Source: Escherichia coli (GTDB taxonomy: Bacteria; Pseudomonadota; Gammaproteobacteria; Enterobacterales; Enterobacteriaceae). Taken from it: a DNA stretch of 64,000 bases. Numbering within the stretch: the stretch's first letter is position 1; each line of letters begins with the position of its first letter. A model generated the notes under the pieces. It saw only the letters and a program-made list of their open reading frames with translations. It did no database searches and had not been told where the DNA came from. Where the stretch lies: NCBI RefSeq assembly GCF_051903065.1, contig NZ_CP178438.1; one strand, given 5' to 3'. A program made the translations under genes and the position numbers. Of this stretch, positions 1-16,503 are shown in pieces.

Positions 1-2863
<2,863 letters not shown>

Positions 2864-2956
2864 ACAACGCCGAAGCTGTTTTGGCGGATTGAGAGAAGAT
2901 TTTCAGCCTGATACAGATTAAATCAGAACGCAGAAGCGGTCTGATAAAACAGAATT

Positions 2957-3076
2957 TGCCTGGCGGCCGTAGCGCGGTGGTCCCACCTGACCCCATGCCG
3001 AACTCAGAAGTGAAACGCCGTAGCGCCGATGGTAGTGTGGGGTCTCCCCATGCGAGAGTAGGGAACTGCCAGGCAT
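2957..3076 (+). rRNA. rrfB: 5S ribosomal RNA
   Basis: 120 nt tgcctggcggc...ctgccaggcat, the canonical E. coli 5S sequence. Confidence 0.95.
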
Positions 3077-3088
3077 CAAATTAAGCAG

Positions 3089-3120
3089 AAGGCCCGGTCG
3101 GAAGACTGGGCCTTTTTGCG
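3089..3120 (+). terminator. Rho-independent terminator after 5S rRNA
   Basis: GC hairpin ggcccggtc-ggaa-gactgggcc followed by tttttgcg. Confidence 0.7.
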
Positions 3121-3210
3121 TTTCTACAAACTCTCCCTGTCGTCATAACTACAAGCCATCCCCCCACAGATACGGTAAACTAGCCTCGTTTTTGCATCAG
3201 GAAAGCAGCT

Positions 3211-4239
3211 ATGAACCACTCCTTAAAACCCTGGAACACATTTGGCATTGATCATAATGCTCAGCACATTGTATGTGCCGAAGACGAACAACAACTACTC
3301 AATGCCTGGCAGCATGCAACCGCAGAAGGGCAACCCGTTCTTATTCTGGGTGAAGGAAGTAATGTACTTTTTCTGGAAGACTATCGCGGCACGGTGATCA
3401 TCAACCGGATCAAAGGTATCGAAATTCATGATGAACCTGATGCGTGGTATTTACATGTAGGAGCCGGAGAAAACTGGCATCGCCTGGTAAAATACACTTT
3501 GCAGGAAGGTATGCCTGGTCTGGAAAATCTGGCATTAATTCCTGGTTGTGTCGGCTCATCACCTATCCAGAATATTGGTGCTTATGGCGTAGAATTACAG
3601 CGAGTTTGCGCTTATGTTGATTGTGTTGAACTGGCGACAGGCAAGCAAGTGCGCTTAACTGCCAAAGAGTGCCGTTTTGGCTATCGCGACAGTATTTTTA
3701 AACATGAATACCAGGACCGCTTCGCCATTGTAGCCGTAGGTCTGCGTCTACCAAAAGAGTGGCAACCTGTACTAACGTATGGTGACTTAACTCGTCTGGA
3801 TCCTACAACAGTAACGCCACAGCAAGTATTTGATGCGGTGTGTCATATGCGCACCACCAAACTCCCTGACCCAAAAGTGAATGGCAATGCCGGTAGTTTC
3901 TTCAAAAACCCTGTTGTATCTGCCGAAACGGCTAAAGCATTACTGTCACAATTTCCAACAGCACCAAATTACCCCCAGGCGGATGGTTCAGTAAAACTGG
4001 CAGCAGGTTGGCTTATCGATCAGTGCCAGCTAAAAGGGATGCAAATGGGTGGGGCTGCGGTGCACCGTCAACAGGCGTTAGTTCTCATTAATGAAGACAA
4101 TGCAAAAAGCGAAGATGTGGTGCAACTGGCACACCATGTAAGACAAAAAGTGGGTGAAAAATTTAATGTCTGGCTTGAGCCTGAAGTCCGCTTTATTGGT
4201 GCATCAGGTGAAGTGAGCGCAGTGGAGACAATTTCATGA
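3211..4239 (+). CDS. murB: UDP-N-acetylenolpyruvoylglucosamine reductase
   Basis: 342-aa ORF recognised as MurB; synteny rrnB-murB-birA. Confidence 0.95.
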   Translation: MNHSLKPWNTFGIDHNAQHIVCAEDEQQLLNAWQHATAEGQPVLILGEGSNVLFLEDYRGTVIINRIKGIEIHDEPDAWYLHVGAGENWHRLVKYTLQEGMPGLENLALIPGCVGSSPIQNIGAYGVELQRVCAYVDCVELATGKQVRLTAKECRFGYRDSIFKHEYQDRFAIVAVGLRLPKEWQPVLTYGDLTRLDPTTVTPQQVFDAVCHMRTTKLPDPKVNGNAGSFFKNPVVSAETAKALLSQFPTAPNYPQADGSVKLAAGWLIDQCQLKGMQMGGAAVHRQQALVLINEDNAKSEDVVQLAHHVRQKVGEKFNVWLEPEVRFIGASGEVSAVETIS

Positions 4240-5201
4240 AGGATAACACCGTGCCACTGAAATTAATCGCGCTGTTAGCGAACGGTGAATTTCACTCAGG
4301 TGAGCAGTTGGGTGAAACGTTAGGAATGAGCCGGGCGGCTATTAATAAACACATTCAGACACTGCGTGACTGGGGCGTTGATGTCTTTACCGTTCCGGGT
4401 AAAGGATACAGCCTGCCTGAGCCTATCCAGTTACTTAATGCTAAACAGATATTGGGTCAGCTGGATGGCGGTAGTGTAGCCGTGCTGCCAGTTATTGACT
4501 CCACGAATCAGTACCTTCTTGATCGTATCGGAGAGCTTAAATCGGGCGATGCCTGCGTTGCAGAATACCAGCAGGCTGGCCGTGGTCGCCGGGGTCGGAA
4601 ATGGTTTTCGCCTTTTGGCGCAAACTTATATTTGTCGATGTTCTGGCGTCTGGAACAAGGCCCGGCGGCGGCGATTGGTTTAAGTCTGGTTATCGGTATC
4701 GTGATGGCGGAAGTATTACGCAAGCTGGGAGCAGATAAAGTTCGTGTCAAATGGCCTAATGACCTCTATCTGCAGGATCGCAAGCTGGCAGGCATTCTTG
4801 TGGAGCTGACTGGCAAAACCGGCGATGCGGCGCAAATAGTCATTGGAGCCGGGATCAACATGGCAATGCGTCGTGTTGAAGAGAGTGTCGTTAATCAGGG
4901 GTGGATCACGCTGCAGGAAGCGGGGATCAATCTCGATCGTAATACGTTGGCGGCCATGCTAATACGTGAATTACGCGCGGCGCTGGAACTCTTCGAACAA
5001 GAAGGATTGGCACCTTATCTTTCGCGCTGGGAAAAGCTGGATAATTTTATTAATCGCCCAGTGAAACTTATCATTGGTGATAAAGAAATATTTGGCATTT
5101 CACGCGGAATAGACAAACAAGGCGCTTTATTGCTTGAGCAGGACGGAATAATAAAACCCTGGATGGGCGGTGAAATATCCCTGCGTAGTGCAGAAAAATA
5201 A
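4236..5201 (+). CDS. birA: Biotin-protein ligase / bio operon repressor
   Basis: 321-aa ORF overlapping murB stop by 4 nt; GRGRRG biotin-binding motif present. Confidence 0.95.
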   Translation: MKDNTVPLKLIALLANGEFHSGEQLGETLGMSRAAINKHIQTLRDWGVDVFTVPGKGYSLPEPIQLLNAKQILGQLDGGSVAVLPVIDSTNQYLLDRIGELKSGDACVAEYQQAGRGRRGRKWFSPFGANLYLSMFWRLEQGPAAAIGLSLVIGIVMAEVLRKLGADKVRVKWPNDLYLQDRKLAGILVELTGKTGDAAQIVIGAGINMAMRRVEESVVNQGWITLQEAGINLDRNTLAAMLIRELRAALELFEQEGLAPYLSRWEKLDNFINRPVKLIIGDKEIFGISRGIDKQGALLLEQDGIIKPWMGGEISLRSAEK

Positions 5202-5229
5202 GAAAGGGGAGCATTAGCTCCCCTGCAAA

Positions 5230-6180
5230 TTATTTACGTAGTCTGACCTCTTCTACCGCATGATTAGCACTTTTCGTCAGGATTAAACTGGCGCGCTCAC
5301 GAGTAGGTAGAATATTTTGCTTTAAGTTCAGCCAGTTGATCTCTTTCCACAATGTCATGGCAGTCTTAATAGCTTCTTCTTTAGTTAATTTCGCGTAGTT
5401 ATGAAAATAGGAATCCGGGTCTGTAAAAGCCCCTTCGCGGAATTTCAGAAAACGGTTGATATACCATGTCTGAAGTAAGTCTTCCGGAGCATCAACATAT
5501 ATCGAAAAATCGACAAAATCAGAAACAAATACATGATGTGGATCGTGTGGATAATCCATCCCGCTCTGTAAGACATTTAACCCTTCAAGAATTAAAATAT
5601 CAGGCTGAACAACAGTTTTATCTCCATCCGGGATCACATCATAAATAAGATGCGAGTAAACAGGGGCTGTAACGTTTGGCACGCCGGATTTGAGATCGGA
5701 AACAAACTTCACCAGGCGATGCATATCATACGATTCCGGGAAGCCTTTCTTCTTCATCAGACCACGTTCTTTCAGAACCTGATTAGGGTGAAGGAAGCCA
5801 TCTGTAGTGATCAGTTCAACACGACGATGTTCCGGCCAACGGCTTAATAGTGCCTGCAATACACGGGCGGTTGTACTTTTCCCCACCGCGACACTACCAG
5901 CAATACTGATAATGTAAGGAATGCGTTGCCCGTTGGTACCAAGAAACTGTTCCAGAACTGCCTGACGGCGCAGATTCGAGCTTATATAGAAGTTCAGCAA
6001 ACGTGACAGAGGTAAATAGATCTCGGCAACTTCTTCTAACGAGAGATCTTCATTAATACCTTTGAGACGGGCGATCTCATCTTCCGATAACGTCATAGGT
6101 ACGGAATCACGCAGAGCTGCCCACTGGTTGCGGTCAAACTGTAGGTAAGGCGTCATTAACGTTTGCTCTTTTATACTCAT
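5230..6180 (-). CDS. coaA: Pantothenate kinase
   Basis: ORF track gives 368 aa; start trimmed to the [15 protein letters not shown]et to give the known 316-aa CoaA; P-loop GSVAVGKST present. Confidence 0.9.
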
Positions 6181-6498
6181 AAGCATGTTTCTGGCGGTCA
6201 TAGCTCTATCGGCAAAGCGATATTTGCCATGGCGCGTCACAGTTCTGTTGAATGGGTTAATGGGCAGGAGGGTAACACCAGATGGGGAGGAATAATAAGA
6301 AAAAATCTCTCCCAGGAAGCTATCGTTGAAAAGCAATGTGACAGATATTCCATCTGATAAAAAGAATTATGGTTTAGCAGGAGCGCATTGTTGAGCACAA
6401 TGATGTTGAAAAAGTGTGCTAATCTGCCCTCCATTCGGCTGTTTCTTCATCGTGTCGCATAAAATGTGACCAATAAAACAAATTATGCAATTTTTTAG

Positions 6499-6527
6499 TT
6501 GCATGAACTCGCATGTCTCCATAGAAT
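6499..6527 (+). promoter_or_regulatory. sigma70 promoter of the thrU-tyrU-glyT-thrT-tufB operon
   Basis: TTGCAT -35, 17-bp spacer, TAGAAT -10, GC-rich discriminator gcgcgc, AT-rich UP-like tract upstream; tRNA-Thr starts about 15 nt downstream. Confidence 0.6.
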
Positions 6528-6541
6528 GCGCGCTACTTGAT

Positions 6542-6617
<76 letters not shown>

Positions 6618-6625
6618 TCAAGTCC

Positions 6626-6710
<85 letters not shown>

Positions 6711-6826
6711 ATTTCGGCCACGCGATGGCGTAGCCCGAGACGATAAGTTCGCTTACCGGCTCGAATAAAGAGAGCTTCTCTCGATATTCAGTGCAGAATG
6801 AAAATCAGGTAGCCGAGTTCCAGGAT

Positions 6827-6901
<75 letters not shown>

Positions 6902-6907
6902 AGATGT

Positions 6908-6983
6908 GCTGATATAGCTCAGTTGGTAGAGCGCACCCTTGGTAAGGGTGAGGTCGGCAGTTCGAATCTGCCTATCAGCACCA
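6908..6983 (+). tRNA. thrT: tRNA-Thr
   Basis: 76 nt gctgatatagctcagttggtagagc...cctatcagcacca. Confidence 0.95.
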
Positions 6984-7061
6984 CTTCTTTTCTCCTCCCT
7001 GTTTTTTCCTTCTGTTTATTGCATTCAACAAGTCGGGCATGTTGCCTGGTTGATGTGGTGA

Positions 7062-8282
<1,221 letters not shown>

Positions 8283-8316
8283 TTGCCGATAACATTTGAC
8301 GCAATGCGCACTAAAA

Positions 8317-8340
8317 GGGCATCATTTGATGCCCTTTTTG
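8317..8340 (+). terminator. Rho-independent terminator after tufB
   Basis: Hairpin gggcatca-tt-tgatgccc followed by tttttg. Confidence 0.7.
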
Positions 8341-8511
8341 CACGCTTTCGTACCAGAACCTGGCTCATCAGTGATTTTCTTTGTCATAATCATTGCTGAG
8401 ACAGGCTCTGTTGAGGGCGTATAATCCGAAAAGCTAATACGCGTTTCGATTTGGTTTGCCTCGCGATCGCGGGGTGAAAATGTTTGTAGAATACTTCTGA
8501 CAGGTTGGTTT

Positions 8512-8895
8512 ATGAGTGCGAATACCGAAGCTCAAGGAAGCGGGCGCGGCCTGGAAGCGATGAAGTGGGTCGTTGTGGTGGCATTGCTCCTGGTGGCGAT
8601 TGTCGGCAACTACCTTTATCGCGACATTATGCTGCCGCTGCGTGCGCTGGCCGTAGTAATTCTGATTGCTGCAGCGGGTGGTGTCGCGCTGTTAACGACA
8701 AAAGGTAAAGCTACCGTTGCTTTTGCCCGTGAAGCGCGTACCGAAGTCCGTAAGGTCATTTGGCCGACTCGCCAGGAAACATTGCACACCACGCTGATTG
8801 TGGCTGCGGTTACCGCAGTAATGTCACTGATCCTGTGGGGACTGGATGGTATTCTGGTTCGCCTGGTATCCTTTATCACTGGCCTGAGGTTCTGA
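8512..8895 (+). CDS. secE: Preprotein translocase subunit SecE
   Basis: 127-aa hydrophobic ORF recognised as SecE; immediately precedes nusG. Confidence 0.93.
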
Positions 8896-8896
8896 G

Positions 8897-9442
8897 ATGT
8901 CTGAAGCTCCTAAAAAGCGCTGGTACGTCGTTCAGGCGTTTTCCGGTTTTGAAGGCCGCGTAGCAACGTCGCTGCGTGAGCATATCAAATTACACAACAT
9001 GGAAGATTTGTTTGGTGAAGTCATGGTACCAACCGAAGAAGTGGTTGAAATCCGTGGCGGTCAGCGTCGCAAAAGCGAACGTAAATTCTTCCCTGGCTAC
9101 GTCCTCGTTCAGATGGTGATGAACGACGCGAGCTGGCACCTGGTGCGCAGCGTACCGCGTGTGATGGGCTTCATCGGCGGTACTTCCGATCGTCCTGCGC
9201 CAATCAGCGATAAAGAAGTCGATGCGATTATGAACCGCCTGCAGCAGGTTGGTGATAAGCCGCGTCCGAAAACGCTGTTTGAACCGGGTGAAATGGTCCG
9301 TGTTAATGATGGTCCGTTCGCTGACTTCAACGGTGTTGTTGAAGAAGTGGATTACGAGAAATCTCGTCTGAAAGTGTCTGTTTCTATCTTCGGTCGTGCG
9401 ACCCCGGTAGAGCTGGACTTCAGCCAGGTTGAAAAAGCCTAA
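8897..9442 (+). CDS. nusG: Transcription termination/antitermination factor NusG
   Basis: 181-aa ORF recognised as NusG; start overlaps secE stop region. Confidence 0.95.
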
Positions 9443-9481
9443 CCCAGCGATCAAAAAAGCGGCGATTTAATCGTTGCACAA

Positions 9482-9520
9482 GGCGCGAGATTGGAATACA
9501 ATTTCGCGCCTTTTGTTTTT
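9482..9520 (+). terminator. Putative terminator after nusG, in the rplK promoter/leader region
   Basis: Stem ggcgcga...tcgcgcc followed by ttttgttttt. Confidence 0.5.
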
Positions 9521-9537
9521 ATGGGCCTTGCCCGTAA

Positions 9538-10737
<1,200 letters not shown>

Positions 10738-11149
10738 TGCCTTTACGTGGGCGGTGATTTTGTCTACAATCTTACCCCCACGTATAATGCTTAATGCAGA
10801 CGTATATCCGAGATATTCGGGTTGTGGCAAGGCGGCAACTGAGTGAGTCGCCAGGAGCATAGCTAACTATGTGACTGGTGCGAACGAAGGAAGCCAACGC
10901 CGCCACAAGCTGAATAGCGACGGATAGAAAAGATTTGTTCGTTGGAGCCTGGCCTATCCAGGCCTCCGTCGAAGACCGCAGGAGTTTCGCAAGAAACTTA
11001 ATCCCCTGCGTAGACGGTGACAGAACGCTAAGATTATTCTTTTATATTCTGGCTTGTTTCTGCTCACCGTAATTAAGACGCTCTCTCCGTTTGGAGGAGT
11101 GAAGTGAGTTCCAGAGATTTTCTCTGGCAAACATCCAGGAGCAAAGCTA
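10738..11149 (+). promoter_or_regulatory. rplJL leader (promoter plus long structured 5' UTR, site of L10-L12 translational feedback)
   Basis: 412-bp non-coding gap between rplA and rplJ; regulatory role assigned from established knowledge, not mapped in sequence. Confidence 0.5.
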
Positions 11150-11647
11150 ATGGCTTTAAATCTTCAAGACAAACAAGCGATTGTTGCTGAAGTCAGCGAA
11201 GTAGCCAAAGGCGCGCTGTCTGCAGTAGTTGCGGATTCCCGTGGCGTAACTGTAGATAAAATGACTGAACTGCGTAAAGCAGGTCGCGAAGCTGGCGTAT
11301 ACATGCGTGTTGTTCGTAACACCCTGCTGCGCCGTGCTGTTGAAGGTACTCCGTTCGAGTGCCTGAAAGACGCGTTTGTTGGTCCGACCCTGATTGCATA
11401 CTCTATGGAACACCCGGGCGCTGCTGCTCGTCTGTTCAAAGAGTTCGCGAAAGCGAATGCAAAATTTGAGGTCAAAGCCGCTGCCTTTGAAGGTGAGCTG
11501 ATCCCGGCGTCTCAGATCGACCGCCTGGCAACTCTGCCGACCTACGAAGAAGCAATTGCACGCCTGATGGCAACCATGAAAGAAGCTTCGGCTGGCAAAC
11601 TGGTTCGTACTCTGGCTGCTGTACGCGATGCGAAAGAAGCTGCTTAA
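11150..11647 (+). CDS. rplJ: 50S ribosomal protein L10
   Basis: 165-aa ORF recognised as L10. Confidence 0.96.
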
Positions 11648-11713
11648 TCGCAGTTATCTTTTTAACGCATTCGCTTACGTATAAACTTATTCTGATATTC
11701 AGGAACAATTTAA

Positions 11714-12079
<366 letters not shown>

Positions 12080-12117
12080 GCCAACCCTTCCGGTTGCAGC
12101 CTGAGAAATCAGGCTGA

Positions 12118-12151
12118 TGGCTGGTGACTTTTTAGTCACCAGCCTTTTTGC
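12118..12151 (+). terminator. rplL-rpoB intergenic attenuator (partial terminator)
   Basis: Hairpin ggctggtgac-ttttta-gtcaccagcc followed by tttttgcg, between rplL stop and rpoB start. Confidence 0.7.
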
Positions 12152-12398
12152 GCTGTAAGGCGCCAGTAGCGTTTCACACTGTTTGACTACTGCTGTGCCT
12201 TTCAATGCTTGTTTCTATCGACGACTTAATATACTGCGACAGGACGTCCGTTCTGTGTAAATCGCAATGAAATGGTTTAAGCGTGATAGCAACAGGCATT
12301 GCGGAAAGTGTTCCATTTTCCGGTCAACAAAATAGTGTTGCACAAACTGTCCGCTCAATGGACAGATGGGTCGACTTGTCAGCGAGCTGAGGAACCCT

Positions 12399-15300
12399 AT
12401 GGTTTACTCCTATACCGAGAAAAAACGTATTCGTAAGGATTTTGGTAAACGTCCACAAGTTCTGGATGTACCTTATCTCCTTTCTATCCAGCTTGACTCG
12501 TTTCAGAAATTTATCGAGCAAGATCCTGAAGGGCAGTATGGTCTGGAAGCTGCTTTCCGTTCCGTATTCCCGATTCAGAGCTACAGCGGTAATTCCGAGC
12601 TGCAATACGTCAGCTACCGCCTTGGCGAACCGGTGTTTGACGTCCAGGAATGTCAAATCCGTGGCGTGACCTATTCCGCACCGCTGCGCGTTAAACTGCG
12701 TCTGGTGATCTATGAGCGCGAAGCGCCGGAAGGCACCGTAAAAGACATTAAAGAACAAGAAGTCTACATGGGCGAAATTCCGCTCATGACAGACAACGGT
12801 ACCTTTGTTATCAACGGTACTGAGCGTGTTATCGTTTCCCAGCTGCACCGTAGTCCGGGCGTCTTCTTTGACTCCGACAAAGGTAAAACCCACTCTTCGG
12901 GTAAAGTGCTGTATAACGCGCGCATCATCCCTTACCGTGGTTCCTGGCTGGACTTCGAATTCGATCCGAAGGACAACCTGTTCGTACGTATCGACCGTCG
13001 CCGTAAACTGCCTGCGACCATCATTCTGCGCGCCCTGAACTACACCACAGAGCAGATCCTCGACCTGTTCTTTGAAAAAGTTATCTTTGAAATCCGTGAT
13101 AACAAGCTGCAGATGGAACTGGTGCCGGAACGCCTGCGTGGTGAAACCGCATCTTTTGACATCGAAGCTAACGGTAAAGTGTACGTAGAAAAAGGCCGCC
13201 GTATCACTGCGCGCCACATTCGCCAGCTGGAAAAAGACGACGTCAAACTGATCGAAGTCCCGGTTGAGTACATCGCGGGTAAAGTGGTTGCTAAAGACTA
13301 TATTGATGAGTCTACCGGCGAGCTGATCTGCGCAGCGAACATGGAGCTGAGCCTGGATCTGCTGGCTAAGCTGAGCCAGTCTGGTCACAAGCGTATCGAA
13401 ACGCTGTTCACCAACGACCTGGATCACGGCCCGTATATCTCTGAAACCTTACGTGTCGACCCAACTAACGACCGTCTGAGCGCACTGGTAGAAATCTACC
13501 GCATGATGCGCCCTGGCGAGCCGCCGACTCGTGAAGCAGCTGAAAGCCTGTTCGAGAACCTGTTCTTCTCTGAAGACCGTTATGACTTGTCTGCGGTTGG
13601 TCGTATGAAGTTCAACCGTTCTCTGCTGCGCGAAGAAATCGAAGGTTCCGGTATCCTGAGCAAAGACGACATCATTGATGTTATGAAAAAGCTCATCGAT
13701 ATCCGTAACGGTAAAGGTGAAGTCGATGATATCGACCACCTCGGCAACCGTCGTATCCGTTCCGTTGGCGAAATGGCGGAAAACCAGTTCCGCGTTGGCC
13801 TGGTACGTGTAGAGCGTGCGGTGAAAGAGCGTCTGTCTCTGGGCGATCTGGATACCCTGATGCCTCAGGATATGATCAACGCCAAGCCGATTTCCGCAGC
13901 AGTGAAAGAGTTCTTCGGCTCCAGCCAGCTGTCTCAGTTTATGGACCAGAACAACCCGCTGTCTGAGATTACGCACAAACGTCGTATCTCCGCACTCGGC
14001 CCAGGCGGTCTGACCCGTGAACGTGCAGGCTTCGAAGTTCGAGACGTACACCCGACTCACTACGGTCGCGTATGTCCAATCGAAACCCCTGAAGGTCCGA
14101 ACATCGGTCTGATCAACTCTCTGTCCGTGTACGCACAGACTAACGAATACGGCTTCCTTGAGACTCCGTATCGTAAAGTGACCGACGGTGTTGTAACTGA
14201 CGAAATTCACTACCTGTCTGCTATCGAAGAAGGCAACTACGTTATCGCCCAGGCGAACTCCAACCTGGATGAAGAAGGCCACTTCGTAGAAGACCTGGTA
14301 ACTTGCCGTAGCAAAGGCGAATCCAGCTTGTTCAGCCGCGACCAGGTTGACTACATGGACGTATCCACCCAGCAGGTGGTATCCGTCGGTGCGTCCCTGA
14401 TCCCGTTCCTGGAACACGATGACGCCAACCGTGCATTGATGGGTGCGAACATGCAACGTCAGGCCGTTCCGACTCTGCGTGCTGATAAGCCGCTGGTTGG
14501 TACTGGTATGGAACGTGCTGTTGCCGTTGACTCCGGTGTAACTGCGGTTGCTAAACGTGGTGGTGTCGTTCAGTACGTGGATGCTTCCCGTATCGTTATC
14601 AAAGTTAACGAAGACGAGATGTATCCGGGTGAAGCAGGTATCGACATCTACAACCTGACCAAATACACCCGTTCTAACCAGAACACCTGTATTAACCAGA
14701 TGCCGTGTGTGTCTCTGGGTGAACCGGTTGAACGTGGCGACGTGCTGGCAGACGGTCCGTCCACCGACCTCGGTGAACTGGCGCTTGGTCAGAACATGCG
14801 CGTAGCGTTCATGCCGTGGAATGGTTACAACTTCGAAGACTCCATCCTCGTATCCGAGCGTGTTGTTCAGGAAGACCGTTTCACCACCATCCACATTCAG
14901 GAACTGGCGTGTGTGTCCCGTGACACCAAGCTGGGGCCAGAAGAGATCACCGCTGACATCCCGAACGTGGGTGAAGCTGCGCTCTCCAAACTGGATGAAT
15001 CCGGTATCGTTTATATTGGTGCGGAAGTGACCGGTGGCGACATTCTGGTTGGTAAGGTTACGCCGAAAGGTGAAACTCAGCTGACCCCAGAAGAAAAACT
15101 GCTGCGTGCGATCTTCGGTGAGAAAGCGTCTGACGTTAAAGACTCTTCTCTGCGCGTACCAAACGGTGTATCCGGTACGGTTATCGACGTTCAGGTCTTT
15201 ACTCGCGATGGCGTAGAAAAAGACAAACGTGCGCTGGAAATCGAAGAAATGCAGCTCAAACAGGCGAAGAAAGACCTGTCTGAAGAACTGCAGATCCTCG

Positions 15301-16427
15301 AAGCGGGTCTGTTCAGCCGTATCCGTGCTGTGCTGGTAGCCGGTGGCGTTGAAGCTGAGAAGCTCGACAAACTGCCGCGCGATCGCTGGCTGGAGCTGGG
15401 CCTGACCGACGAAGAGAAACAAAATCAGCTGGAACAGCTGGCTGAGCAGTATGACGAACTGAAACACGAGTTCGAGAAGAAACTCGAAGCGAAACGCCGC
15501 AAAATCACCCAGGGCGACGATCTGGCACCGGGCGTGCTGAAGATTGTTAAGGTATATCTGGCGGTTAAACGCCGTATCCAGCCTGGTGACAAGATGGCAG
15601 GTCGTCACGGTAACAAGGGTGTAATTTCTAAGATCAACCCGATCGAAGATATGCCTTACGATGAAAACGGTACGCCGGTAGACATCGTACTGAACCCGCT
15701 GGGCGTACCGTCTCGTATGAACATCGGTCAGATCCTCGAAACCCACTTGGGTATGGCTGCTAAAGGTATCGGCGACAAGATCAACGCCATGCTGAAACAG
15801 CAGCAGGAAGTCGCGAAACTGCGCGAATTCATCCAGCGTGCGTACGATCTGGGCGCTGACGTTCGTCAGAAAGTTGACCTGAGTACCTTCAGCGATGAAG
15901 AAGTTATGCGTCTGGCTGAAAACCTGCGCAAAGGTATGCCAATCGCAACGCCGGTGTTCGACGGTGCGAAAGAAGCAGAAATTAAAGAGCTGCTGAAACT
16001 TGGCGACCTGCCGACTTCTGGTCAGATCCGCCTGTACGACGGCCGCACTGGTGAACAGTTCGAACGTCCGGTAACCGTTGGTTACATGTACATGCTGAAA
16101 CTGAACCACCTGGTCGACGACAAGATGCACGCGCGTTCCACCGGTTCTTACAGCCTGGTTACTCAGCAGCCGCTGGGTGGTAAGGCACAGTTCGGTGGTC
16201 AGCGTTTCGGGGAGATGGAAGTGTGGGCGCTGGAAGCATACGGCGCAGCATACACCCTGCAGGAAATGCTCACCGTTAAGTCTGATGACGTGAACGGTCG
16301 TACTAAGATGTATAAAAACATCGTGGACGGCAACCATCAGATGGAGCCGGGCATGCCAGAATCCTTCAACGTATTGTTGAAAGAGATTCGTTCGCTGGGT
16401 ATCAACATCGAACTGGAAGACGAGTAA
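12399..16427 (+). CDS. rpoB: DNA-directed RNA polymerase subunit beta
   Basis: ORF track starts 11 codons upstream; start set to [19 protein letters not shown] to give the known 1342 aa. Confidence 0.97.
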
Positions 16428-16503
16428 TTCTCGCTCAAACAGGTCACTGCTGTCGGGGTAAAACCCGGCAGCGGATTGTGCTAACTCCGACGGGAGCAAA
16501 TCC

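Noticed and set aside
5230..6336. 368-aa extended coaA ORF
   Set aside because: The upstream extension has no recognisable similarity; the known 316-aa CoaA starts at the MSIKEQ methionine at 6180, which I adopted.
6711..6826. 116-nt spacer between tyrU and glyT as a possible hidden gene or pseudo-tRNA
   Set aside because: No cloverleaf-compatible sequence or credible ORF; consistent with a processed inter-tRNA spacer in the polycistronic precursor.
8505..8708. 67-aa ORF overlapping the secE start region in another frame
   Set aside because: It overlaps the well-supported secE frame and shows no protein-like features; treated as a chance ORF.
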